Part shown: positions 46,960 through 55,813 of the stretch, in pieces
How positions within the stretch are numbered: position 1 is the stretch's first letter
How the letters are laid out: every line of letters begins with the position of its first letter
Assembly (NCBI GenBank): GCA_965204755.1
Contig: OZ242011.1
Location: forward strand, 2,528,001-2,592,000
Direction: 5' to 3'
Length of the DNA stretch: 64,000 bases
DNA from: Candidatus Marinacidobacterium sp.
GTDB taxonomy: Bacteria > Acidobacteriota > Vicinamibacteria > Marinacidobacterales > Marinacidobacteraceae
Translations under genes and position numbers: made by a program
Notes under the pieces: generated by a model
What the model saw: only the letters and a program-made list of their open reading frames with translations
What the model was told of the DNA's origin: nothing
The model's database searches: none

Positions 46960-48105
46960 ATGAGAGAAGCCGAAGGCCGGCCGTCGGCGAGCGGGGAGGG
47001 GCGGTACGCGACGGCGGCGAGTCGGTGGGCGGGGATCGGGCCGTACTACGCGATGTTTCCGAGCGTGTTCTCCGATGAAGTGGTCAGGAAGTTCACGGAA
47101 CGGGGGGAGGTCGTCCTCGATCCGTTCGCCGGGCGCGGGACGGCGGTTTACAGCGCCGTCATCCAGGGGAGGAAAGCGCGCGGGGTGGAGGTCAGTCCGG
47201 TGGGGTATGTCTATTCGAACGCCAAACTGGCCGGAGTGAGTCAGCAGGCAGTGGAGCGGCGGCTCTTCGACCTGTGCGAGAACGCGTCCGGTTACCGCTC
47301 GCGGATCGGTGAGGGCCCGGAGTTCTATCGGTGGTGTTTCGGGCGTCGCTCGATGGAGTTCCTGCTGGCGGCGCGGGACTCGCTCGAATGGAAGGACGAC
47401 GCGGTGGACCGGGTGTTGATGGCCCTCGCGCTGGTTTCGCTGCACGGGCGGCGGGGGGAGTCCCTGTCGAACCAGATGCGGCAGACGACCGCGATGTCGC
47501 CGGACTACTGCGTGAGGTGGTGGAAGGCCCGGGCGATGCCGGCGCCGGAGGTCGATGTGCGCGAGTTCCTGCTGAAGCGGATCCGGTGGCGTTACGCCCG
47601 CGGAAGACCTCGGGCCTACGGAGACCGCGTGCGGCTCGGTGACAGCCGGGCCGCGCTGAAGAAGGGCGGGTCTCTCCACCGGTCGTTGAAGGGGCGGGTG
47701 AAACTCCTGCTTACTTCGCCGCCGTACCACGATGTCACCAACTACTACTTGGACCAATGGCTCCGGCTGTGGCTGCTGGGCGGCCCGTGGCTGCCGAAAG
47801 CCGAGGAAGGTCGGCGCTACGGGGGAAAGTTCTCCGGGAAGCGCCGGTTCGTCGAGTTGATCGCCGAAGTGTTCGGGCAGTGCGCGAGCCTGCTGCGGGA
47901 GGACGGCGTCGTCTATGTCCGGACGGGCGCCGACGAGAGCACGCGCGGCGCGACCCGGGAAGTCCTTCGCGCGAGTTTCCCCGGCCGGCGGCTTCGGGAA
48001 GTCGAGACCGGGGAGGCGCCGGAGTGGCTGGAAACGGCGTACGGCCGCGGCGGGTCTCGCCACCGGAAGGGCGGCGAGGTGGACTTGGTGTTGGAACCGC
48101 GATGA
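46960..48105 (+). CDS. DNA amino-methyltransferase (N4-C/N6-A)
   Basis: GPYYAMFP; motif I VLDPFAGRGT precedes motif IV TSPPY. Confidence 0.88.
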   Translation: MREAEGRPSASGEGRYATAASRWAGIGPYYAMFPSVFSDEVVRKFTERGEVVLDPFAGRGTAVYSAVIQGRKARGVEVSPVGYVYSNAKLAGVSQQAVERRLFDLCENASGYRSRIGEGPEFYRWCFGRRSMEFLLAARDSLEWKDDAVDRVLMALALVSLHGRRGESLSNQMRQTTAMSPDYCVRWWKARAMPAPEVDVREFLLKRIRWRYARGRPRAYGDRVRLGDSRAALKKGGSLHRSLKGRVKLLLTSPPYHDVTNYYLDQWLRLWLLGGPWLPKAEEGRRYGGKFSGKRRFVELIAEVFGQCASLLREDGVVYVRTGADESTRGATREVLRASFPGRRLREVETGEAPEWLETAYGRGGSRHRKGGEVDLVLEPR

Positions 48106-48139
48106 GCGGGCCGGGGCCGGGTGCGAATCCCGGCGGGCG

Positions 48140-48805
48140 TCAGTCCCGGTTGTTGTCGTGCTCAGGAACCACGACGCCCAGCGAGATGATCATCTGCAGC
48201 GCCTGTTCCCGGGTCATGTCCAGTTCGGTGACTTCCTTCCGCGGCACGGTGAGCACGAAACCCGAAGTGGGATTGGGCGTCGTCGGGACGAATACCGCCA
48301 TGAGTTCGTCGCCGGGGTCGTCGGCGCCGGAGAGTTCGCCGGAGGCGCGGCGGCGGGCGCGCACCCGCTCCTGGACTTCGCCGAGGCTCCCGGCCATCTG
48401 GAAAGCCAGGCTGTACGCCCCCCGGCGCGGGTATTCGATGAGCACCACCTTGCCGAACGCCTCGCGCCCGTGGAACATCGCCTCGACCAGCCGCTTGACC
48501 CCGGTATAGACCCAGCGCACGCCGGGGATGCGCTCCAGCGGGGCGTCCACCATCCGGCGGAGGAGGACGGAGACCACGCGGAGGCGGGTGGCCACCCAGC
48601 CGGTGGCGACGAGCACCAGCAGGACACCGGCCAGCACCAGCAGGCGCGGCTCCCAGTCGAGCGACGGGAAGAACCACGAGCGGATCAGCGAGTAGAGGAT
48701 CCGCCCGACGAGGACCACCGCGGCGATGGGCAGCCAGACCGCGAACCCGGCGAACAGGTAGCGGCGCAGCCCGCGGAACGGATGCTTCCCCCGGTCGTCC
48801 GCCAC
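48140..48805 (-). CDS. DUF502 family membrane protein
   Basis: RRYLFAG, RIPGVRWVY, VVLIEYPRRG, VFVPTTPNPTSGF, IISLG. Confidence 0.9.
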   Translation of the reverse strand: MADDRGKHPFRGLRRYLFAGFAVWLPIAAVVLVGRILYSLIRSWFFPSLDWEPRLLVLAGVLLVLVATGWVATRLRVVSVLLRRMVDAPLERIPGVRWVYTGVKRLVEAMFHGREAFGKVVLIEYPRRGAYSLAFQMAGSLGEVQERVRARRRASGELSGADDPGDELMAVFVPTTPNPTSGFVLTVPRKEVTELDMTREQALQMIISLGVVVPEHDNNRD

Positions 48806-48895
48806 GGGCGCGGAGTGTAGGCGGGGCGCGGCGGAATCCGGCACGCCCCCGCGTCCGCCCCCGCCGGCGCGGCGGATACCATCCGCCCGCCCCCG

Positions 48896-49963
48896 ATGGA
48901 CATCCCGGTCGTCTGCCTCCCCGGCGACGGGATCGGCCCCGAAGTCATCGAGCAGGCCGAGCGGGTGCTCGAGCGGGTGGCCGCGCGGTTCGGCCACCGC
49001 CTGGCGGTCGAGCGCCGCGACTTCGCCGGCGCCGCGTGGGACCGGTCGCCGGAGGACGCCCGCACCGGGTTCCCCGACGACACCCGCGCCGCCTGCGACG
49101 GGGCGAAGGCGATCCTGCTCGGGGCGGTCGGCGACCCCCGCCACGATGTCCTCCCGGCGGCGGAGCGGCCGGAGCGGGCGCTGCTCGAACTCCGGCGGCG
49201 GATCGGGGCGTTCGCCAACCTGCGCCCGGTGCGGGCGGACCGCGTCCCGCCGTCGTCGCCGTTCCGCCCGGAGGCCATCGCCGGCGCCGACCTGCTCATC
49301 GTCCGCGAACTCACCGGCGGGCTCTACTACGGCGAACCGCGCGGGATCGAGGGCGCCGGCGCGGAGCGCGCCGGGTTCAACACGCTCCGCTACCGGGCGT
49401 TCGAGGTGGAGCGGATCGCGCGCGTCGCGTTCGAGGCGGCGTCGCGCCGGCGCGGCCGGGTGTGTTCGGTGGACAAGGCGAATGTGCTCGAGTCCTCGCG
49501 CCTCTGGCGGGAGACGGTGGCGGCCGTGGCCGCGGACTTCCCGTCGGTCGAGATCGACCACATGTATGTGGATCGCGCGGCGATGGAAGTCGTCCGCGAC
49601 CCGCGCCAGTTCGATGTAGTCCTCGCGGGCAACCTGTTCGGGGACATCCTGAGCGACGAGGCCTCGGTGCTCGCGGGTTCGCTGGGCGTACTGGCGTCGG
49701 CGAGCGTCGGCGGCGAGACCGGCCTGTACGAGCCGGTGCACGGCTCCGCCCCGGACATCGCCGGGCAGGGCAAGGCGAACCCGCTGGGCGCCATCGGCTC
49801 CGTGGCGATGATGTTGGACCTGTCGTTCGGGCTCACCGAGGAGGCGCGGGCGGTCGAGGCCGCGGTGCGTGCGGCGCTGGCCGGGGACGCGCGGACGCCG
49901 GACCTCGGCGGGACCGCGGGCACCGGGGCCGTCGGGGACGCGGTGCTCGCGGCGCTCGGCTGA
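48896..49963 (+). CDS. leuB: 3-isopropylmalate dehydrogenase
   Basis: LPGDGIGPEV, FANLRP, VRELTGGLYYG, VDKANVL, NLFGDILSDEA, YEPVHGSAPDIAG. Confidence 0.96.
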   Translation: MDIPVVCLPGDGIGPEVIEQAERVLERVAARFGHRLAVERRDFAGAAWDRSPEDARTGFPDDTRAACDGAKAILLGAVGDPRHDVLPAAERPERALLELRRRIGAFANLRPVRADRVPPSSPFRPEAIAGADLLIVRELTGGLYYGEPRGIEGAGAERAGFNTLRYRAFEVERIARVAFEAASRRRGRVCSVDKANVLESSRLWRETVAAVAADFPSVEIDHMYVDRAAMEVVRDPRQFDVVLAGNLFGDILSDEASVLAGSLGVLASASVGGETGLYEPVHGSAPDIAGQGKANPLGAIGSVAMMLDLSFGLTEEARAVEAAVRAALAGDARTPDLGGTAGTGAVGDAVLAALG

Positions 49964-49980
49964 CCGGACCGGGGAAGGCT

Positions 49981-51192
49981 TTATCGGCCCGCGCCGCGAG
50001 TTGCGGTGAGCGCCGCGCGGAGTTCGCGGCGGACCTCCGGGTCGGTCTCGCGGGCCAGGCGGTCGGCGAGGGGCGGCGCGGCGTCGGCAGGGGCTGCTTC
50101 GGCGAGCGCCCAGGCGGCGTGGCCGCGGACGAGCGGCTCCGCGTGGTCGAGCGCTTCGGACAGCGGGGCGAACGCGGCGGGGTCGCGGCCGTTTCCCAGC
50201 GCGACGGCGACATTCCGCAGGAAGCCCGCGTAACCGGCGCGGCGGATCGCGCTTCGCCGCGTGCGTTCGCGGAACTCGTCCCGCGTGAGGCGGAGCAACC
50301 GCGCCAGCGTCTCCGTATGGAGCCCGTCCCCGGTCGCGGCGAGGCGCGGCTCCTCGGTTACCGAAGCGAAACGGTTCCACGGGCAGACATCCTGGCAGTC
50401 GTCGCAACCGAAGATGCGGTTCCCGACGGCGCGGCGGAACTCGGTCGGGATCGCCCCCCGGAGTTCGATGGTCAGGTAGGAAATACAGCGCCGGCTGTCC
50501 ACCACATACGGCGCGACGATCGCGTCGGTCGGACAGGCGTCGAGGCAACGAACGCAACTCCCGCAGCGGTCGGCGGCGGCGTCGTCGGGGGGTATCGCCA
50601 GCGGCAGCAGCACTTCGCCGAGGAAGAACCACGAACTGCCGCGCTCGGCGATGACATTCGAGTGCTTGCCGATCCAACCGATCCCGGCCCGCTCGGCGAA
50701 CGCCTTTTCCAACAGCGGCCCGTGATCCACCAGCGTGGGCAGCCGGCGGCGTCCATTCGCCGCGCGCGGTTCGAGCAGGCCGGCGGCGACCGCTTCCCGT
50801 TCGGCGAAGTCCGCGAGTCGGCGCAGTTTGTCGTCCACCACCCGGTGGTAGTCCTCGCCCCGGGCGTATTGCGAAACCACCCCGCCTCCGGTCGGCGCGG
50901 CCGCGGGTTCCCCGGCGTAGTAGTTCAGGGCGCAGACGACGACCGCGCGTTCGACGCGCCGCCCCTCCGCCGCGCCCCGCCGCGCGAGCGAAGCGTCCGA
51001 CCGCCGCTCCGGCGCCCGCGCCATCCACTCCATCTCGCCGTGCCGCCCTTCCCGCAACCACTCCGCGAACCGCCGCCCCGCCTCCCGCGCCTCCGGCGGC
51101 GCGAACCCCACCGCCGAGAACCCCAGCCGGAACCCCTCCGCGCGGATCGAGTCGCGCAGAGCCTCCCGCGCCGCGCTGTCGGGTTCGGGCAC
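49981..51192 (-). CDS. queG: tRNA epoxyqueuosine(34) reductase
   Basis: YARGEDYH, GIGWIGKHS, GSSWFFLGE, CGSCVRCLDACPT, CISYLTIE, FGCDDCQDVCPWN; start uncertain. Confidence 0.95.
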   Translation of the reverse strand: MPEPDSAAREALRDSIRAEGFRLGFSAVGFAPPEAREAGRRFAEWLREGRHGEMEWMARAPERRSDASLARRGAAEGRRVERAVVVCALNYYAGEPAAAPTGGGVVSQYARGEDYHRVVDDKLRRLADFAEREAVAAGLLEPRAANGRRRLPTLVDHGPLLEKAFAERAGIGWIGKHSNVIAERGSSWFFLGEVLLPLAIPPDDAAADRCGSCVRCLDACPTDAIVAPYVVDSRRCISYLTIELRGAIPTEFRRAVGNRIFGCDDCQDVCPWNRFASVTEEPRLAATGDGLHTETLARLLRLTRDEFRERTRRSAIRRAGYAGFLRNVAVALGNGRDPAAFAPLSEALDHAEPLVRGHAAWALAEAAPADAAPPLADRLARETDPEVRRELRAALTATRGAGR

Positions 51193-51274
51193 GGCTTCGT
51201 CCGTCAGGTCTCCGCGTGGAGAAGGCCGAGGAGCGGCCTCCCGGTCCTTCTTTTCTCCGATCGGGCCGGATGAC

Positions 51275-51850
51275 TCAGCGATACCAAGCGGCGATCGCCG
51301 AAGCGACGGCGGCAAGAGCGGAGAGCCCGAGAGCGATCATGGAAGCGACGATCAGCCTTCTCGCGCTCGTGCTCTCGTACCACGCAGGCAACCGGTGGGT
51401 AACGAAGAGGCCGTAGCGGCCAAATCTCTCGTCGTCGCAGGCGCGGACGCTGACATAGGCGTGCGCCGGATGCTTCTTCTTGGCAGTGATCTTCCACTGC
51501 CAAAAGACATGCCCGTCCGATTTCGGGCCTTCTGTCAGATTCTGCATTTCCGAGAGTCCCTCACCGTGGCATTCGAGACTCTGGATCTTCGGGCTACTCG
51601 CACGGAAGTCCCAACTGCCATGTTCGTCGAGTTCATGCGCGCTGGCATGAATCCGAACACCGTGCTCCAGCGCCAAGGCGAGAAACTCGTCCGGGATCGT
51701 CGCGATCGCCGCCCCCAGTTCATCCCTGCTGCTGACCCTGAAGATCGCAATCGTGGACAAGTCCGGCGGAACGGTTGGTGGCATACCTGCCGAATGTGAA
51801 GTCCCGAAGGGATCGAGATAACCGGTCCAGTCAACTCTGATCTTCTTCAT
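51275..51850 (-). CDS. Hypothetical protein with C-terminal transmembrane helix (lower GC)
   Basis: GAGGAG RBS before ATG 51850; globular composition; hydrophobic C-terminus. Confidence 0.65.
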   Translation of the reverse strand: MKKIRVDWTGYLDPFGTSHSAGMPPTVPPDLSTIAIFRVSSRDELGAAIATIPDEFLALALEHGVRIHASAHELDEHGSWDFRASSPKIQSLECHGEGLSEMQNLTEGPKSDGHVFWQWKITAKKKHPAHAYVSVRACDDERFGRYGLFVTHRLPAWYESTSARRLIVASMIALGLSALAAVASAIAAWYR

Positions 51851-52002
51851 GTACTCCTCGTTTCGGCGTCCGGTCTCCGGGGACCGAACCCGGCGGGTCG
51901 GTGTTCGCGGAAGCATCCGAGCCGGACGCCGGGCTCCGTCCCGCTCCGAGGCCGTCGCGGAGGCCCGGCGTCGTCATCGCCAGCCCGCGTCGGCGCCGCC
52001 GC

Positions 52003-53034
52003 TTAGTCGGGATTCGCGGCGAGGGTCTCGTCGGGGGAGGGCCGGCCGCGGCGCGCCGCGCCTCGGTCTCCTCGGGACGAACTGCGGCCCTTCCACGCTT
52101 GGAGTTGCCGCGTGATGATGGAGCGGAGGTCGGCTTCGGGGATGTCCAGGACGAATTGGCGTCTCACCTCCAACGAGAATCGTTCGAGTTCCGAGAAACC
52201 GAGGCCCCGGAGGCGGGCGGCCAGGGCCTTCGGCGAAACGGGCAACGGTGAGCCGACTCCCTGCGCGAAACGGCGGAACCATTCCTCCGTCTGCGCCGGG
52301 GTCGGCGGCGGGAGGTCGAGGCGGACCTCGAAGCGGCGCCGCGCGGCGCGGTCGAGAAGTTCCGGGCGGTTCGTGGCGGCTACGACGACCACATGGCTCG
52401 GCAGGGCGTCGATCTGCAGGAGCAGCGAACTGACGACGCGCCGGTCTTCCCCGGTCGCGGGTTCGCCGCCGCGGTCCCTGCCGAGGACATCGAAGTCGTC
52501 GAAGAACAGGACGCACTCGCGCGCGCGGACTTCGGAGAACATCCGGTCGAGACGCCCGGCGGTCTCGCCGAGGAAACTTCCGATCACGGACTCGTATCTC
52601 ACGGTGAACAGGGGGTCGGCGAGTTCCGTGGCGAGCGCCTCGGCGAGCGAGGTCTTGCCGTTTCCCGGCGGGCCGGTCAGCAGCAGGCGGTGGCGCGGTT
52701 CGAGATCGTGGGCGCGCAGCAGGTCGCGGCGGCCGTGCTCTTCCAGCAGTGCGCCGATCGTTCGCGCCGCCGACTCCGGGAGGATGAGGTCGGCGAGCCG
52801 GCGCTCGGGGACCGACGAGTGGAAGAAGCGTCCGCCGCCGCCCCCGGAGCGGGGCGTCCGGCGCTCCGGGCCGGCATGGTTCGTCGCCAGGTGGGCGGCC
52901 AGCCGGTCGGCCAGGATGTGGTGCTGCTTGCCGCGCTCGTCCACGATGATGGCCTCGAGGGCCTTCCGGAACTGCGGCTGATCCCCCCCGGCGCCGGCGC
53001 GGACGAGATCGAGCAGGTGGTTGGCGCGGGGCAT
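52003..53034 (-). CDS. AAA+ ATPase of the IetA / S8-peptidase-associated type
   Basis: N-terminus [14 protein letters not shown]...[13 protein letters not shown]; [15 protein letters not shown]; Walker B FFDDFD; AATN; RRF. Confidence 0.85.
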   Translation of the reverse strand: MPRANHLLDLVRAGAGGDQPQFRKALEAIIVDERGKQHHILADRLAAHLATNHAGPERRTPRSGGGGGRFFHSSVPERRLADLILPESAARTIGALLEEHGRRDLLRAHDLEPRHRLLLTGPPGNGKTSLAEALATELADPLFTVRYESVIGSFLGETAGRLDRMFSEVRARECVLFFDDFDVLGRDRGGEPATGEDRRVVSSLLLQIDALPSHVVVVAATNRPELLDRAARRRFEVRLDLPPPTPAQTEEWFRRFAQGVGSPLPVSPKALAARLRGLGFSELERFSLEVRRQFVLDIPEADLRSIITRQLQAWKGRSSSRGDRGAARRGRPSPDETLAANPD

Positions 53035-53187
53035 GGCGAAGCGGAGGGGCGGCGGCGGGGGCGCGGCGGCCGATCGCGGCGGGGCCGGTGGTTATACAGT
53101 CTCGCGCCCCCCGGCGGGTGGGGCGCGCGGCCCTCGGCGGGAACGCCGGGAGTCCGGCGGAACCGGGGACGGAGGGAAGGAGAAGTG

Positions 53188-54384
53188 ATGACCGACGAGA
53201 TTCGGGCGGGGCTCGGGGCGGAACTCGGGGCGATCCGGGAAGCCGGGCTGGAGAAACTGGAGCGGGTGATCGCCTCGCCGCAGGGGGCGGCGATCACCGT
53301 CGCCGGGGACGGCGGCGGGAGCGAAGTCCTGAACTTCTGTGCGAACAACTACCTCGGCCTCGGCAACCACCCCCGGCTGCTCGAAGCGGCGCGGCGGGGG
53401 CTGGACGAGCGGGGGTTCGGGCTCAGTTCCGTCCGGTTCATCTGCGGGACGCAGGACCTCCACCGGCGGCTGGAGAAGGACCTCGCCGACTTCCTCGGCG
53501 CCGACGAAGCGATCCTCTACTCCTCGTGCTTCGACGCGAACGGCGGGCTCTTCGAGACGCTGCTCGGGGCGGAGGACGCCGTGGTCAGCGACGAACTCAA
53601 CCACGCCAGCATCATCGACGGCGTCCGGCTCTGCCGGGCGCGGCGGCTGCGCTACCGGAACCGGGACCTCGACGACCTGACCGCGAAACTGGAAGAGTGC
53701 CGGGACGCGCGGCGGATCCTCATCGCCACCGACGGGGTGTTCAGCATGGACGGCACGCTGGCGCCGCTCGACCGCATCTGCGAGATCGCGGACCGGTTCG
53801 GGGCGCTGGTGATGGTGGACGACTCGCACGCCACCGGGTTCGTCGGGGACGCCGGGCGGGGGACGCCGGAGCGGTTCGGGGTCGGCGAGCGGGTGGATGT
53901 CATCACCTCCACGCTGGGCAAGGCGCTCGGCGGCGCCGCCGGCGGGTTCACCGCGGCGCGGCGGGAGATCGTGGCGCTCCTCCGGCAGCGGAGCCGGCCC
54001 TACCTGTTCTCGAACACCCTGGCGCCGGCCATCGTCTCGGCGGCGGTGGAGGCGGTGGCGCTGCTCACTTCCAGCGACGAACTCCGGCGGCGCCTGCGGG
54101 AGAACACCGCCCGGTTCCGGGAGGGGATGACCGCCGCGGGGTTCCGGATCACGCCCGGTGACCACCCGATCGTGCCGGTGATGCTGGGCGACGCCCGGCT
54201 GGCCGCGAACATGGCGGACGACCTGCTCGAACGCGGGATCTATGTGATCGGGTTCAGTTTCCCGGTGGTGCCGAAGGGGAAGGCGCGGATCCGCGTCCAA
54301 CTCTCCGCCGCGCACACCGAGGCGCAGGTGGACCGGGCGGTCGCCGCCTTCGCCGAGTCGGCGCGCAAGTTCGAGGTGTTCTGA
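53188..54384 (+). CDS. kbl: Glycine C-acetyltransferase (2-amino-3-ketobutyrate CoA ligase)
   Basis: [61 protein letters not shown]. Confidence 0.96.
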   Translation: MTDEIRAGLGAELGAIREAGLEKLERVIASPQGAAITVAGDGGGSEVLNFCANNYLGLGNHPRLLEAARRGLDERGFGLSSVRFICGTQDLHRRLEKDLADFLGADEAILYSSCFDANGGLFETLLGAEDAVVSDELNHASIIDGVRLCRARRLRYRNRDLDDLTAKLEECRDARRILIATDGVFSMDGTLAPLDRICEIADRFGALVMVDDSHATGFVGDAGRGTPERFGVGERVDVITSTLGKALGGAAGGFTAARREIVALLRQRSRPYLFSNTLAPAIVSAAVEAVALLTSSDELRRRLRENTARFREGMTAAGFRITPGDHPIVPVMLGDARLAANMADDLLERGIYVIGFSFPVVPKGKARIRVQLSAAHTEAQVDRAVAAFAESARKFEVF

Positions 54385-54477
54385 CCGCCCGCCCCGGGGC
54401 GCGCGGCTACGGCGCTCCGGGGCGGGTGTCCGGGCGGGTCGGCGGTTCGGCGCCCGCCTCCCCGGGCGCCTCCACCG

Positions 54478-55668
54478 TCAGGTCGTCCCGGTCGTCGAGA
54501 CTTCCGGGCGGGTCGGCGGTTCCGGGGCCGCCTCGCCGAGCCATTCGAGCACGATCTCCTGGTGGCGGCGCACCGGGGCCTCGCCGAACCGGGCGGAGGG
54601 GCCGTGTTCGAGCCGCGGCGACCCGAGCGACTTCTGCTGCTGCTCGCAGACCAGGATGTCCTCCTGCATGAAGTCGCCGGAGGCGAGCGGGTCGCGCCGG
54701 GGGTCGCCGGCGACCTTGCCGCGGGGGCGCTGCCAGAGTGAGCCGGAGCGGAGCAGTCGGAGCGCCCGCTTCCAGCCGGGGACATCGGCGACCTTGGTGC
54801 GGGTGACCACGCGGGTGCGGTCGGGCGCGAGCGGCTCGACCAGGAACAGGGACCACGAACTCTCGCTCTCGCCGAGCCCGATGCCGGGGAACAGCATCGG
54901 GACCCAGGCGCCGAGGCGGTCCCGCGGCACATGGTCGATCAGCGGCAGCGGGGACTCCCGGTCGACGACCGCCTCGTACCAGGCGGCCAGCGGTTCCCGG
55001 AAGGCGAAGTGGGGGCCGTGCCAGCCGGACTCGATGCGGTCGTGGTCGTACATGGCGAGGGTGGCGGAGTGGAGGTGCTTCAGGTGGTAGGCGTCGATGT
55101 AGTTCTCGACCACGATCTTCCAGTTGGCGCGGACCAGATAGTCGGCGCGGAGGCGGGGGTCTTCGACCAACTCCTCGACCCGGTGGGGGCCGAGGTGCGG
55201 CTCGACCGGGCCGAACCAGTCCGAAAGCGACGGGGGGTCGGCGTCCGGGTGGACCCAGAGCATCCCCCGCCAGATGCCGACCGAGGCGGGGAACAGGCGG
55301 ACGCCGGAGGGGTCGAAGTCCGGGAATTCGCGGGCCCGGCGGGGGACGCCGACGAGGCGGCCTTCGAGGTCGTAGGTCCAGTCGTGGTAGGGGCAGCGCA
55401 GCGCGGCGGCCTTCCCGACAGCGCGGATCAACTGCGTGCCGCGGTGGCGGCAGAGGTTGTGGAACGCCCGGAGGCGGCGGTCCTCGCCCATCACCACGAA
55501 GAGGTTGTTCCGGCCGGCCTGGACGCTGAGGTATTGGCCGGGCTCGGTCAGGTCTTCGGCGAGCCCGGCGCAGGCCCAGGTGCGGGAGAAGATCCGGGCC
55601 CGCTCCCGGTCGAACCAGTCCGGCGAGGTGTAGGCCTCGACCGGGAGGATCGGCATTCCGGTGGACAT
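54478..55668 (-). CDS. Rieske non-heme iron oxygenase alpha subunit (choline monooxygenase-like)
   Basis: NLCRHRG...CPYHDWTY; NWKIVVENYIDAYHLKHLH; EDILVCE. Confidence 0.92.
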   Translation of the reverse strand: MSTGMPILPVEAYTSPDWFDRERARIFSRTWACAGLAEDLTEPGQYLSVQAGRNNLFVVMGEDRRLRAFHNLCRHRGTQLIRAVGKAAALRCPYHDWTYDLEGRLVGVPRRAREFPDFDPSGVRLFPASVGIWRGMLWVHPDADPPSLSDWFGPVEPHLGPHRVEELVEDPRLRADYLVRANWKIVVENYIDAYHLKHLHSATLAMYDHDRIESGWHGPHFAFREPLAAWYEAVVDRESPLPLIDHVPRDRLGAWVPMLFPGIGLGESESSWSLFLVEPLAPDRTRVVTRTKVADVPGWKRALRLLRSGSLWQRPRGKVAGDPRRDPLASGDFMQEDILVCEQQQKSLGSPRLEHGPSARFGEAPVRRHQEIVLEWLGEAAPEPPTRPEVSTTGTT

Positions 55669-55725
55669 CGGGGTCTCCTTTTGCGGTCGGTCGGATGGTA
55701 GTGGCGTCCGGCCGGAAGCGGGATG

Positions 55726-55778
55726 TGAGTCCGGGAGACTCAGTTATGTTGCGCGTTCCGGCTAATATTTGCTATGAT
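55726..55778 (+). promoter_or_regulatory. HAIR-like (HspR) operator and clpB promoter
   Basis: TGAGT-N7-ACTCA at 55726-55742; TTGCGC at 55749 and extended -10 TGCTATGAT at 55770-55778. Confidence 0.55.
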
Positions 55779-55813
55779 CCGCATCAGGAATCTTGACAGG
55801 AGCCTTCGCCACC

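Noticed and set aside
55680-55813. CIRCE element before clpB
   Set aside because: TTAGCACTC-N9-GAGTGCTAA is absent; a HAIR-like motif is present instead
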